DNA from: Candidatus Thalassarchaeaceae archaeon
Lineage (GTDB): Archaea; Thermoplasmatota; Poseidoniia; Poseidoniales; Thalassarchaeaceae
DNA length: 32,000 nucleotides
Reading direction: 5' to 3'
Assembly (NCBI GenBank): GCA_045568075.1
Contig: JBJLBP010000001.1
Location: forward strand, 1,200,001-1,232,000
The notes beneath the pieces were generated by a model that was not told where the DNA came from, ran no database searches, and worked only from the letters and a program-made list of their open reading frames with translations. The translations under genes and the position numbers were made by a program. Below are positions 1 to 9,611 of the stretch, piece by piece (the stretch's first letter is position 1; each line of letters starts with the position of its first letter).

Positions 1-323
1 CAGAGATGCAGCGAGTCTCGGGAGCCGCTCGCAATGGTACCGCAACTCTCGATGACTTGACTGGTTCAACATTCACAATCACCAGCCTCGGACGAGATGG
101 TGGCCTGGGTGCGACTCCAATCATCAACCACCCAGAGGTCGCTATACTTGGCATCCACAAAGCCCGCGATATGCCTGTGGCGCGCAAGGGCGATATCGTA
201 GTCCGCCGTATCATGAACGTCTCGAGTTCATTCGATCACCGAATCGTCGATGGAGCCAATGGAGCAGCTCTGGTGCAGTCTCTCAAGCGTATGCTTGAGC
301 ATCCTGCAATGATCTTCATGTGA
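1..323 (+). CDS. 2-oxoacid dehydrogenase complex E2 (dihydrolipoamide acyltransferase), C-terminal fragment; the 5' end lies outside the window
   Basis: The frame is open from the window edge to TGA at 321-323. It contains the catalytic-domain signature SSSFDHRIVDGANGA (DHRxxDG active site). The E3 gene follows 9 nt downstream. Confidence 0.85.
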   Translation, partial: EMQRVSGAARNGTATLDDLTGSTFTITSLGRDGGLGATPIINHPEVAILGIHKARDMPVARKGDIVVRRIMNVSSSFDHRIVDGANGAALVQSLKRMLEHPAMIFM

Positions 324-332
324 GGTGAAAGA

Positions 333-1769
333 ATGGTTGACACTCGTAAATGTAAGGTTCTCGTTGTTGGAGCAGGACCCGGAGGCTATGTCGCAGCAAT
401 TCGCAGCGCTCAGCTCGGATTGGACACTGTAATTGTCGAGGGAGACAAAGCGGGCGGAACTTGCCTGATTCGCGGATGTATCCCGAGTAAGGCGATTATT
501 CACGCTGCTGAGCGCTTTGAGGCGTTGCAACAACACGCCGGCGAAGGCGGTCACATGGGAATGTCTGTAGGAGCAGAACCGGAATTAGACATGGCCGCGC
601 TTGTCGATTGGAAGGATGCTATCGTCACCCGACTCAACAAAGGTGTCGAGTCTCTACTCAAAGGAGCGGGGGCCGAGCTAGTGAAGGGGTGGGCGACTTT
701 CACCGGCCCGAAGAAATGCACCGTTGAAACAAGTGACGGGGCGGTCGAAATCGAGGCGGAGAACGTCATCATCGCCACCGGCTCCAGTCACATCGACCTT
801 CCATTCATGCCTTGTGACGAGAAATTCATCCTCTCTTCCACCGGAGCCCTAGATCTACAGAATCTACCAAAGTCAGCAGCCATCGTTGGTGGCGGCTACA
901 TCGGCCTCGAACTCGGCTGCGCTCTGAGCAAACTCGGTACCGATGTAACGGTCGTCGAAGGAATGGATTCGATTCTCGGAATCATGGACAAAGAGATTCG
1001 CCGACCGCTCGAAATCTGGCTTAAGAGACACAAGGTCACAATCCACACCAACGCCCTAGCCCGTGGCACCGAAATCAAGGGAAAGGGAGCTAGTCGCAAA
1101 GCTCACCTGACATTTGAGAAGGATGGCGAAGAGCAGACTATCAAGGTCGACAAGGTGCTTGTAACCGTTGGACGCCGCCCCAATACCAAGGGATGGGGAA
1201 TAGAGAATATGGGGGTGCGAATGGATACCGGTGGCCGCTTCATCCGAATCGACCGTCAGTGCCGTACCAACGTTCCCGGCGTCTATGCAATTGGAGATGT
1301 CGCCGGCGAGCCAATGCTCGCCCACAAGGCATCAGCACAGGGCGAGATGGTCGCTGAGATCCTCGCCGGTCACCACCGAGAATTCGACAAGGTAGCAATC
1401 CCAGCAATCGTCTTCACTGAGCCAGAAATCGTCTCAGTCGGCCTATCTCCCGACGAAGCAAAGGAGCGAGGAGAGCAGATAATCACCGGCAAGTTCCCAC
1501 TCGCCGGGAATGGACGTGCACTCACGCTCGAAGCGGAGAAAACGGGTGGGTTCATCCGCGTCACTGCGCGTGAGTCCGACCACGTGATACTTGGAATTCA
1601 AGCCGTGGGAAGCCACGTGGCTGAACTCCATGGAGAATTTGTTCTTGCCCTTGAAATGGGCGCACTGCTCGAAGACATCGCAGACGTAGTACACGCTCAC
1701 CCGACGATGACAGAGGCCTTCCATGAAGGAATCCTCAAGACACTCGGCCACGCAATTCACGCAGCCTGA
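333..1769 (+). CDS. lpdA: dihydrolipoamide dehydrogenase (E3)
   Basis: 478-aa ORF. It has an FAD fold (VVGAGPGGYVAAIRSAQLG), the redox-active disulfide GGTCLIRGCIPSK, an NAD fold (VGGGYIGLELG) and the C-terminal interface motif HAHPTMTEA. The SD GAGGTGA overlaps the E2 stop codon. Confidence 0.95.
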   Translation: MVDTRKCKVLVVGAGPGGYVAAIRSAQLGLDTVIVEGDKAGGTCLIRGCIPSKAIIHAAERFEALQQHAGEGGHMGMSVGAEPELDMAALVDWKDAIVTRLNKGVESLLKGAGAELVKGWATFTGPKKCTVETSDGAVEIEAENVIIATGSSHIDLPFMPCDEKFILSSTGALDLQNLPKSAAIVGGGYIGLELGCALSKLGTDVTVVEGMDSILGIMDKEIRRPLEIWLKRHKVTIHTNALARGTEIKGKGASRKAHLTFEKDGEEQTIKVDKVLVTVGRRPNTKGWGIENMGVRMDTGGRFIRIDRQCRTNVPGVYAIGDVAGEPMLAHKASAQGEMVAEILAGHHREFDKVAIPAIVFTEPEIVSVGLSPDEAKERGEQIITGKFPLAGNGRALTLEAEKTGGFIRVTARESDHVILGIQAVGSHVAELHGEFVLALEMGALLEDIADVVHAHPTMTEAFHEGILKTLGHAIHAA

Positions 1770-1796
1770 GGCGAGGAAGAAAACGAGGCAACAAAG

Positions 1797-2483
1797 ATGC
1801 GACCGCTACGCATCCTTCTAGCAGGAATCGAACCGCACACAGCGGTCGACGAAGCGATGCGAATCATGCAGCAACAGCGTATCAACGATGAGATCCCCGA
1901 TACGCTAATTCTCGTCCAACACCCAGAAGTCGTAACTCTTGGACCAAAGGCGAAGCGCGATGGGGCTTTGGAAGACCCAGCATTAGCAGATTACTCTACG
2001 ACAATCGTCGACCGAGGTGGAGGGATGACCTACCATGGACCCGGCCAACTCGTCGGTTACCCAATCATCAAATGGCAACAAGATGAGAAATCAGTTCGTA
2101 GTATCATCAACCGAATCGAAGACTGGGTCATGGCTGCTCTTACAGATTGTGGAATCCAAGGTAATCGTGACGAGAGGATGATGGGAGTCTGGCTTGAGGG
2201 TCGCAAGATTTGCTCCATCGGACTTGCCTTCAAACACTGGGTCAGCCGCCATGGATTGGCTCTCAATTACAATACGAATGAGGGCCGCATCGAAGCATTG
2301 ACCTGCTGTGGTCTCGATGCGGGCACAACCACTTCTCTCGCTGCAATCGGTCACACACATGACCTCGAAGGACGTCTACTCAACCGCGCTCGATTTGAAG
2401 AGGCGTTGCTGGTTCATGCAGAGGAATTTCTCGGACGCGTTCCTATGAAACCTGAGGATTGGACTCCGGGGTTGGTCGCCTGA
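1797..2483 (+). CDS. lipB: lipoyl(octanoyl) transferase LipB
   Basis: 228 aa. LVQHPEVVTLG, DRGGGMTYHGPGQLVGYPI and RKICSIGL (catalytic Cys context) follow the LipB pattern known from E. coli LipB. Confidence 0.88.
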   Translation: MRPLRILLAGIEPHTAVDEAMRIMQQQRINDEIPDTLILVQHPEVVTLGPKAKRDGALEDPALADYSTTIVDRGGGMTYHGPGQLVGYPIIKWQQDEKSVRSIINRIEDWVMAALTDCGIQGNRDERMMGVWLEGRKICSIGLAFKHWVSRHGLALNYNTNEGRIEALTCCGLDAGTTTSLAAIGHTHDLEGRLLNRARFEEALLVHAEEFLGRVPMKPEDWTPGLVA

Positions 2484-3664
2484 GACCTGCGGGGAGCGAA
2501 TTATCTCACCACTGGGCACTCGACCCCGATACTACCTTTCTGAACCACGGTTCCTTCGGCGCAACGCCTGTCACCTTACTCGAAGAACAATCGAGGATTC
2601 GTGCGCAGATGGAGGCGGATCCAGTTCGTTTTTTCGAGCGCGATGCTGTCGAAATGATGGCAGGAGCGGTCGACTCTCTTTCGGAATTTCTCAACGCTGA
2701 CCAAGATGGAATGACTTTCTGTCACAATGCTACTGGTGGGATTAACACCGTGTTGCGTAGCCTTGTGCTAAATTCGGGTGATGAGATTATTGTTCCCGAC
2801 CACGCTTACCAAGCATGTTGGAATGCGATAGAATTCGTTGCTCGACGCTGGAAGGCGAAGGTAGTCGTAGTCGAACTGCCATTCAGATGTGAGAATGAGG
2901 ATGATATCATCGAGCCACTGCTAGCTGCGATTACCCCTCGCACAGTTCTGGCGATGATTGACACCGTGTCGAGTCCGACTGCAATCAGAATGCCGTTTGA
3001 GCGATTAGTCGATGAATTTCAGTCGCGAGGCGTGGATGTTTTGATCGACGCCGCACATGGACCCGGTTTGGTGCCGCTCGATTTGACCGCTTTGGATGCG
3101 GCCTGGATATCCGGCAATTGCCACAAGTGGCTGTGCGCCCCAAAGGGCTCGGCCTTCCTTCACATCCGTGAGGATAAGCGTGAATCAACAAAGCCGCTGA
3201 CAATCAGTCATGGATACACAGCAGACCTTTCGCCGGTGGAAAAATTTCGCTACGAGTACGATTGGCAAGGGACCTCTGACCCATCTGGAATCTTCTGTAT
3301 TCCAAAGGCTATCGAAACTCTCGGTTCAATGATTTCAGGTGGATTTGAGGCCATTATGGAACGTAATGATTCGCTCGCTCGTAATGGCCGTGACATCCTC
3401 TGTGAGACTCTCGAAACCGAGCCACCAATAGCTGATTCGATGCTTACAGCGATGGCCACTATCGATCTGCCAGGAACTTACGATGGACCGCCAGATTTCC
3501 GTGGGGATGCCTTGCACAACAGTCTCATTGACGATTGGGGGATTCAGGTTCCGGTTTTCCCTTGGCCACACCACGAGATGCGCTATTTTCGCATCTCGGC
3601 ATATCTCTACAACTCATTAGAGCAGTATGAATACCTCGCCCACGCCTTGCGTGATTCTCTATGA
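2459..3664 (+). CDS. class V aminotransferase-fold PLP enzyme (isopenicillin-N epimerase / cysteine desulfurase / C-S lyase-like)
   Basis: 401 aa. The N-terminal FLNHGSFGATP and the PLP-lysine context SGNCHKWLCAPKGSAF are typical of this fold family. The only usable start is TTG at 2459, which overlaps lipB by 25 nt. Confidence 0.8.
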   Translation: MDSGVGRLRPAGSELSHHWALDPDTTFLNHGSFGATPVTLLEEQSRIRAQMEADPVRFFERDAVEMMAGAVDSLSEFLNADQDGMTFCHNATGGINTVLRSLVLNSGDEIIVPDHAYQACWNAIEFVARRWKAKVVVVELPFRCENEDDIIEPLLAAITPRTVLAMIDTVSSPTAIRMPFERLVDEFQSRGVDVLIDAAHGPGLVPLDLTALDAAWISGNCHKWLCAPKGSAFLHIREDKRESTKPLTISHGYTADLSPVEKFRYEYDWQGTSDPSGIFCIPKAIETLGSMISGGFEAIMERNDSLARNGRDILCETLETEPPIADSMLTAMATIDLPGTYDGPPDFRGDALHNSLIDDWGIQVPVFPWPHHEMRYFRISAYLYNSLEQYEYLAHALRDSL

Positions 3665-3699
3665 GGCAGATTGAAGCGAGGAAGGAAAGAGGGCGAATC

Positions 3700-4278
3700 A
3701 TGCCTGAAGTAGTCGTTGCCATCACTGGAGCCTCGGGGGCGCGTTATGGGGTGCGGCTGCTAGATGCCCTGTGTGAGGCTGGTTGGTCATCTCATCTCAT
3801 CATCACTCGCGAGGGAGCTATCAATCTCGATCTCGAATGCGGAATCACTCCCGAAGAACTCGCCTCAAACTCACTCATCACTCTTGAGAAAAATGACAAT
3901 CTCGCCGCTCGCTCTGCCTCCGGCTCAGCCCGCTTCGACGCTTACATCATTTGTCCAACTAGTGGCACAACAATCGGCAAGATCGCTGCGGGCATCTCTG
4001 ACAATCTTGCAACCCGCAGCGCCCTCGTCGCGATGAAAGAGCGGCGCAAACTAATCCTCGTCCCTCGCGAATCCCCCTACGCCACCCCACACTTGCGTGC
4101 AATGGCAAACCTCTCCGAATGGGGTGTAGTTATCCTGCCCGCAAGCCCCGGCTTCTACAATAAGCCGGAGTCTATCGAAGACCTCGTCGATTTCGTTGTA
4201 GCCCGGATTCTTGACCAACTAAACATTGACCACAATCTCGGTCGACGTTGGACTGGCGATGAAATCGGCTCTCAGTGA
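3700..4278 (+). CDS. ubiX: flavin prenyltransferase UbiX/Pad1 family
   Basis: MPEVVVAITGASGARYGVRLLDAL is the typical UbiX N-terminus, and the length is about 190 aa. ATG 3700 follows a purine-rich GGAAGGAAAGAGGG. An alternative ATG at 3661 overlaps the upstream stop (ATGA). Confidence 0.85.
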   Translation: MPEVVVAITGASGARYGVRLLDALCEAGWSSHLIITREGAINLDLECGITPEELASNSLITLEKNDNLAARSASGSARFDAYIICPTSGTTIGKIAAGISDNLATRSALVAMKERRKLILVPRESPYATPHLRAMANLSEWGVVILPASPGFYNKPESIEDLVDFVVARILDQLNIDHNLGRRWTGDEIGSQ

Positions 4279-4355
4279 ATCGAATCATCATAGGTACCGC
4301 TAGCGGTTGGGTTCAATAGGCGCTCATGGCGGCGGCAATTCTGCGAGGTATCTAC

Positions 4356-5966
4356 ATGGATGAGGTCATCGAGGCTGAAATTGCATCCGAAGAGAGCTCA
4401 GCAAGCCTCGATGCGCGCCTAAAGCAACAGTTTGAGCGCGCCAAGCAACTTCCAGTCTCTGTCCTCGCAGTAATCGGAATCATGCTCGTTGGCACGATGG
4501 GTGGCGCAGTCCTATACGGCGATGACATCGTAGACTGGATTCAAGGAACTCCGGATTACGAACTCATCGAGTTCGACCCTGCCAGCGCACGAGGCTACGC
4601 TGAGAGCCTCATCGACCTCGGACATCCTGAGTGGGAAGGCAGGATGTCCGGAACAAATGAAGAGCACAATACAGCCGAGTTCATCAAATCAAATTTCACA
4701 ACGATGGGGATTCCATCGACAATCGAGGACTTCGACGTCCCGATGTTCGTCATTGATGACGAGCCAGAACTGGGAATCTGTCACGCAGGAGATGTGGGGG
4801 AAACTCTCCCAGCATTTGCCTGTGGAGCAACCGACATCAATGCCGATTTCATCGAATTCAATCACAGATCAGACTTCGTTCTGCAAGGTTACTCTGGCTC
4901 ATCCTTCATCCGCTATGTCGATGATATCGAAGTCGTTGACTTGGGAACCGGCAATGAGAGCGCCGATTGGTCCAGCGCCGCTAGCGCAGTCGTGCTCATC
5001 CATATGACCAATGAAACAGAGGCAAACACCCCTCTATTCAAGCGAGCATCGGAGAATGATGTGGAGGGACTAATCCTCATCAACGAGCGTCAGAACTGTG
5101 ACGAACTCGTCGCCAATGATTGCGTTCCCTACTTCAAATCAGTAGGGATTTCAGAGATTGAAAATATTCCAATCGACTTGGGATTCATCATGGTCAGCAA
5201 AAGCGTTGGTCAAACGATTATTGACAATGTCATTAACCAAGATGGTAGGCTCAAATTCCTCACCTTCGTCGAAAATGCAGGGGAAGCCACAGTCAAGGTT
5301 CCATGCGGTATAATCCAAGGTGAAACGGAAGAACTGATCATCATCGGGGCCCATCATGACACCGTCTACATGGGCGCAGGAGCGGTCGACGATACCTCCG
5401 GTACGGCGACCGTGCTCGAGATGGCTCGGCAATTCGGACTCATAGAAAGCCAACTCGGTACACCAAAACATACCATTTACTTCTGCACTTGGGGAGGCGA
5501 GGAAGAGGGATTGTATGGTTCGACTAACTGGGTCGATAAGCACTCGAATAACCTGTATGAAAACCTCCGGCTTTACATCAATTTGGATATGAATCATGTC
5601 GATGCGGAGCGCAATTCGGGTGTGACACTTTTCGGCAATCATAAGACCGATGTCGAGCATATTCAGGGAATTACGGCTAAGTTCAAACAAGAACATCCAG
5701 AACTCGCTGATAGATACAATATCAACGTCCGCAAATTGGCAAATACCGACATGCCTTACAATTCCGATCACGCACCATTCGTCTACAATATCGACGATGA
5801 CGACTCAGATGGCAAGCGGTATGGTCGAGCCGTGGTCTGTTACGGCTCGGGTTCTACTGAGTACCACACTTATCTCGATGATATGAGCCGATTCAACGAG
5901 GAGAGCCTAGCAGTATCTGGCATCATTTACGGCTCTCTTGTCTACCATCTTGCCTATGGTAGCTGA
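4356..5966 (+). CDS. membrane-anchored M28 family metallo-aminopeptidase with an inserted PA-like domain
   Basis: Zinc-ligand blocks IIGAHHDTVYMGAGAVDDTSGTA and WGGEEEGLYGS are present, plus a later DMNH block. There is an N-terminal TM anchor (VSVLAVIGIMLVGTMGGAVLY). ATG 4356 is preceded by GAGGT 7 nt upstream. The longer alternative start is ATG 4326. Confidence 0.85.
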   Translation: MDEVIEAEIASEESSASLDARLKQQFERAKQLPVSVLAVIGIMLVGTMGGAVLYGDDIVDWIQGTPDYELIEFDPASARGYAESLIDLGHPEWEGRMSGTNEEHNTAEFIKSNFTTMGIPSTIEDFDVPMFVIDDEPELGICHAGDVGETLPAFACGATDINADFIEFNHRSDFVLQGYSGSSFIRYVDDIEVVDLGTGNESADWSSAASAVVLIHMTNETEANTPLFKRASENDVEGLILINERQNCDELVANDCVPYFKSVGISEIENIPIDLGFIMVSKSVGQTIIDNVINQDGRLKFLTFVENAGEATVKVPCGIIQGETEELIIIGAHHDTVYMGAGAVDDTSGTATVLEMARQFGLIESQLGTPKHTIYFCTWGGEEEGLYGSTNWVDKHSNNLYENLRLYINLDMNHVDAERNSGVTLFGNHKTDVEHIQGITAKFKQEHPELADRYNINVRKLANTDMPYNSDHAPFVYNIDDDDSDGKRYGRAVVCYGSGSTEYHTYLDDMSRFNEESLAVSGIIYGSLVYHLAYGS

Positions 5967-5971
5967 ACAGT

Positions 5972-5990
5972 GAGAGCGTATTACGCTCTC
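5972..5990. terminator. perfect hairpin (9-bp stem) between convergent genes
   Basis: gagagcgta-t-tacgctctc lies between the peptidase stop (5964-5966) and the peroxiredoxin stop (5994-5996). Confidence 0.4.
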
Positions 5991-5993
5991 AAA

Positions 5994-6452
5994 TCAATTT
6001 TCCAGGTGTGATAGAACCGCTTCGTAGTCTGGCTCGATTCCAGGATTCTCGGCAATCCAAGCATAACTGATTTTGCCATCTGCCTCAATTACGAAGACCG
6101 AGCGTTGGGCCGCGATATAGTCAGGCATGACGAATGGAATGCCTACTCCGTATGCATCGGTGGCGATGCGGTCAGTGTCTGAAAGAAGTGGGAAGCCAAT
6201 TTCGTTAGCGTCAGCGAATGCCGCATTGGCAAATATTCCATCGACCGAGATACCGAGGACTTCGGCTTCTGCGGCTTCGAGGCGATTCATCGAATCGGTG
6301 AAGGTACACATTTCCTTGCTACAAACACCAGTGAATGCTGCAGGATAGAACAGGATGACAACTCGATTTCCGATTGAATCGGAGAGTCGAAACATCGTCT
6401 TGTCAAAAGCCATCAATTCGAAATCGGGTGCCATGTCGCCTACTGAGACCAT
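5994..6452 (-). CDS. peroxiredoxin (AhpC/TSA family, Bcp/AhpE-like size)
   Basis: 152 aa. It has MAPDFEL near the N-terminus and the peroxidatic Cys context FYPAAFTGVCSKEMC. Confidence 0.85.
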   Translation of the reverse strand: MVSVGDMAPDFELMAFDKTMFRLSDSIGNRVVILFYPAAFTGVCSKEMCTFTDSMNRLEAAEAEVLGISVDGIFANAAFADANEIGFPLLSDTDRIATDAYGVGIPFVMPDYIAAQRSVFVIEADGKISYAWIAENPGIEPDYEAVLSHLEN

Positions 6453-6525
6453 GACAGCGCGAGGGAATCACCAATTTCAAGGTCGCGCGAGGCGAATTGC
6501 CTCAAATCGCTCTGCTTTGCATTAC

Positions 6526-8253
6526 TCACATTCGTTGAGGGACGCTAATTCCTAGGAGTGATAGCCCGGTTTCGAGAGTTCTGGCAGTCAAATCGCAAAG
6601 AGCCAACCGACTCTCTCGAGTAGCGCCTTCGGATGCAAGGACAGGGCAGGATTCGTAGAATGAAGCGAAGGCTTGGGCAATTGCGTGAAGTTGTGTGGCT
6701 AACTTGTGCGGCGAGTGGGTTGCACAGGCCAAGTCGAGCGCTTGGGGGAAAGTGATGATGGCTCTAGCGAGTGTTGCTTCGCGCTCGTCCGCGAGTGAGA
6801 TTGAGGCTTTTCGGATACTATCTCGCTCGATTTCTGCCTTAGAGAAGATGCTGCAGATCCTTGCATGTGCATACTGCAAATAGGGTGCAGTATTACCTTC
6901 AAAGGAGAGCATTTTCTCCCAGTCAAATGTGTAATTATTGGTTCGATCTGTGGATAAGTCGGCATACTTTACAGAGCCGATTCCAAGCATGTGAGCAACT
7001 TCGGCGCGCTCATCTGCAGGGAGTTCTGGATTCTTCTCTGCGATGAGCGAATCAGCCCTTTCGACTGCTTCGACGAGCAGGTCCTTGAGTTGCACAGCGC
7101 CTCCTGTCCTGCTCGCGAGTTTTTTGCCATCTGTTCCCAAAACGAGACCAAATGGAACGTGAATAGCATTGACGGTATCGTCCATGAAGCCAGCACTTCG
7201 CGCTACTTCGAATACCATCGCGAAGTGCTGAGCCTGCTCGGCGCCGACTACGTAGAGGAAATCTCGGCTGCCGACATTCTGAATCCTATCGATGATACAG
7301 GCGAGGTCGCTGGTTGCGTAATTGTAGCCGCCGTCAGCCTTCTGAATAATCAGAGGCAGTGGCTCACCTTCTCGATTCATCCAACCTTCTGGATATACTA
7401 CCTTAGCTCCCTCGCTCTCCTCAAGCAGCCCTGCTGCCGCTAACATATCGACAACTTCCGGCAGCGCGGCCTCGTACTTCGACTCACCAGCAAGGTCATC
7501 ATCAGTCAGCAGAACACCCATCATCTGGTAGACATCGTTGAAGTGGAGCAATGAGCGATCCACAAGCATCTGCCAGTGAGCAATCGTTTCAGGCTCACTC
7601 GCTTGCATGCGAACTACTCTCTTGCGCGAGCGATCGGCAAAGGCTGAGTCGGAATCGAATTTGTTACGAGCATCAGAATAGAACGAGCCCAAATTGATCT
7701 CATCAGGATGTGTCTCGACGCCGATATCGATTAGATGCTCGATTAGCATACCGAATGGCGTTCCCCAATCACCAACGTGGTTCTCGGGTACGACTGTATG
7801 TCCCTTGTAGGTAAGCATGCGATTCAGCGCATCGCCGATGACTGTGGATCTAAGGTGACCAACGTGCATGTGCTTCGCAACATTTGGCGAAGAATAGTCG
7901 ATGACAATGATGCGGGAGTCTTCGACGGAAACACGGAGACGTTCATCGGCAGCCGCCTCCTCCATCCGCATCGACAACCACTCGGAATCAGCGGTAAAAT
8001 TGAGGAAACCATTGACTGAACTGACCGTACAAATCCCCGCAGCACTGGAACCTAAACCAGCCAATACATCCTCGGCGATTGCAGCCGGAGACTTGCGTAA
8101 AACTCGCGCCAGCGAATGACACGGCATCGCAACATCAGCGAAGTCCGAAACTGTCGAGCCGGCGAGCAGCCCAGACCAATCTTCCTCACTCACATCCAAA
8201 TCAGACATGACCGCTTTGAGAAGAGGGTGAATCGCATCTACCAAATCGCGCAT
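6526..8253 (-). CDS. argS: arginine--tRNA ligase
   Basis: HIGH-region SSPNVAKHMHVGHLRS, anticodon-binding C-terminus and a terminal M typical of ArgRS. The track start is GTG 8262. That GTG lies inside the SD of the junction TGAGGTGAATGAAATG, so ATG 8253 (5 nt after the SD) is preferred. Confidence 0.95.
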   Translation of the reverse strand: MRDLVDAIHPLLKAVMSDLDVSEEDWSGLLAGSTVSDFADVAMPCHSLARVLRKSPAAIAEDVLAGLGSSAAGICTVSSVNGFLNFTADSEWLSMRMEEAAADERLRVSVEDSRIIVIDYSSPNVAKHMHVGHLRSTVIGDALNRMLTYKGHTVVPENHVGDWGTPFGMLIEHLIDIGVETHPDEINLGSFYSDARNKFDSDSAFADRSRKRVVRMQASEPETIAHWQMLVDRSLLHFNDVYQMMGVLLTDDDLAGESKYEAALPEVVDMLAAAGLLEESEGAKVVYPEGWMNREGEPLPLIIQKADGGYNYATSDLACIIDRIQNVGSRDFLYVVGAEQAQHFAMVFEVARSAGFMDDTVNAIHVPFGLVLGTDGKKLASRTGGAVQLKDLLVEAVERADSLIAEKNPELPADERAEVAHMLGIGSVKYADLSTDRTNNYTFDWEKMLSFEGNTAPYLQYAHARICSIFSKAEIERDSIRKASISLADEREATLARAIITFPQALDLACATHSPHKLATQLHAIAQAFASFYESCPVLASEGATRESRLALCDLTARTLETGLSLLGISVPQRM

Positions 8254-8263
8254 TTCATTCACC

Positions 8264-9511
8264 TCAAGTCAGAGAGTACCTCAGCATTGCAGCGATTCCG
8301 CCGAATGACGTGTAAAGGGTCGCACCCTCCTCGGAATCCATCGAGATTAAACTCACCTTAGCAGATGTGTGTCCCGCTAATTGTGTCAATTCATCAATCA
8401 TATCCATGGTTCTATCTGGATCTTCCCTGACATCCTCCGAACCACATTTCGGACAATCTGGAATCTCAGAGCGATGGTTCTGACTCGCTTCCCACTCGTG
8501 TTTGCAGGGCTTGCACCTCCATCCAACACGCCGCTTTCGAAGGCCTTCAGAAAGCAGCAGCATATCGACAGCGCCCTGATCGAGTGCAGACCTAATCATC
8601 ATCTCTCCATAGGTCGCCTTGGGATGAGCTTGCATAACCTCGCGCAGGAAATTGTCGACCATCTTACGCTCGCCATCAAGCTCAATCTGATCCATCAGTG
8701 TGCCCGCGCGCTGGACGAGTTCTCTTAGGCCACTCTCATTCGAATAGCCAACATCGAAGAAGGGCTCGCGAACCAATTTCTTGACCTCGTGGTGGAAATA
8801 GTCGTTCTTCACGACGAAATCCTTGGTTTGGCCTGGGCCACCGACGATGATTCCTTTCATGTCGGCGATATTTGGTAACCAGTAATTGCAGGCGTGCTCG
8901 GTGGCCCGCTTGAAGAAGTTATGAGCAGCCTCCTCGATCAATCTCTCGAATCTCTGGGCTGACTGACCTCCTTGCCGGTGCTTACCCATGATATTGGATT
9001 GCAATTCCTCCTGACAGTGGATTCGCTTGCCTATGGCAATTCCGTAAGCGGCTTCGCCGCGGTCGATAACAAAAAGTCCGTATGAGGTGCGATCAATCAG
9101 CATGTCCTCGAGTTGAGAAAGTTCGAATGTTGAATCACAGCGATATCGGAATGATGAGAAAATCTCAGGCGGGTCATCGATTACAACAGTGACCAAACGA
9201 GTTTTGTTATTCCCCACGATTACGTGGCCCACGAAGATTGCTAGGCCGTTCTCCCCCGCCGTTTTGTAACGATTGATTACTGAAATGGCCGACTCGATGG
9301 CATCTCCTACGTGCTTTCGAGTCGACTTCGACTTGATGTTGGCTGCTTGAGCGGACTCTTGGCCCAGCTGACCTCTGACATCACTAATCAGTCGGTCAGG
9401 CGGGATGATTACGGTCACTAGTTCGGTGCCCATCCCGCGCATGCCTTGAAGCTCCTCGAGGGACTTCTTAGTACGCAGCCTCCGCTGCTGCATCTCTAAG
9501 TCATCAGCCAT
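8264..9511 (-). CDS. prf1: peptide chain release factor aRF1
   Basis: 415 aa with the NIKS motif (AANIKSKSTRK) and the GGQ motif (KHRQGGQSAQRF). The C-terminal domain carries a CxxC...CxxC insertion. Confidence 0.95.
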   Translation of the reverse strand: MADDLEMQQRRLRTKKSLEELQGMRGMGTELVTVIIPPDRLISDVRGQLGQESAQAANIKSKSTRKHVGDAIESAISVINRYKTAGENGLAIFVGHVIVGNNKTRLVTVVIDDPPEIFSSFRYRCDSTFELSQLEDMLIDRTSYGLFVIDRGEAAYGIAIGKRIHCQEELQSNIMGKHRQGGQSAQRFERLIEEAAHNFFKRATEHACNYWLPNIADMKGIIVGGPGQTKDFVVKNDYFHHEVKKLVREPFFDVGYSNESGLRELVQRAGTLMDQIELDGERKMVDNFLREVMQAHPKATYGEMMIRSALDQGAVDMLLLSEGLRKRRVGWRCKPCKHEWEASQNHRSEIPDCPKCGSEDVREDPDRTMDMIDELTQLAGHTSAKVSLISMDSEEGATLYTSFGGIAAMLRYSLT

Positions 9512-9611
9512 AGCAAAGCCTCCATCCGCAAGGCCGCAGCGAGCGGCATTTCAACCCTCTCGCGCGTATCCAGCGAAGGCATTGAAAGGGGCACTCATCC
9601 CCGAATGGACG

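Noticed and set aside
6453-6525. The direct 8-nt repeat gcgcgagg (twice) and a small gaggc-gaatt-gcctc hairpin in the argS-peroxiredoxin spacer.
   Set aside because: They are too short and GC-rich to distinguish from chance. The spacer probably just holds the peroxiredoxin promoter or SD.
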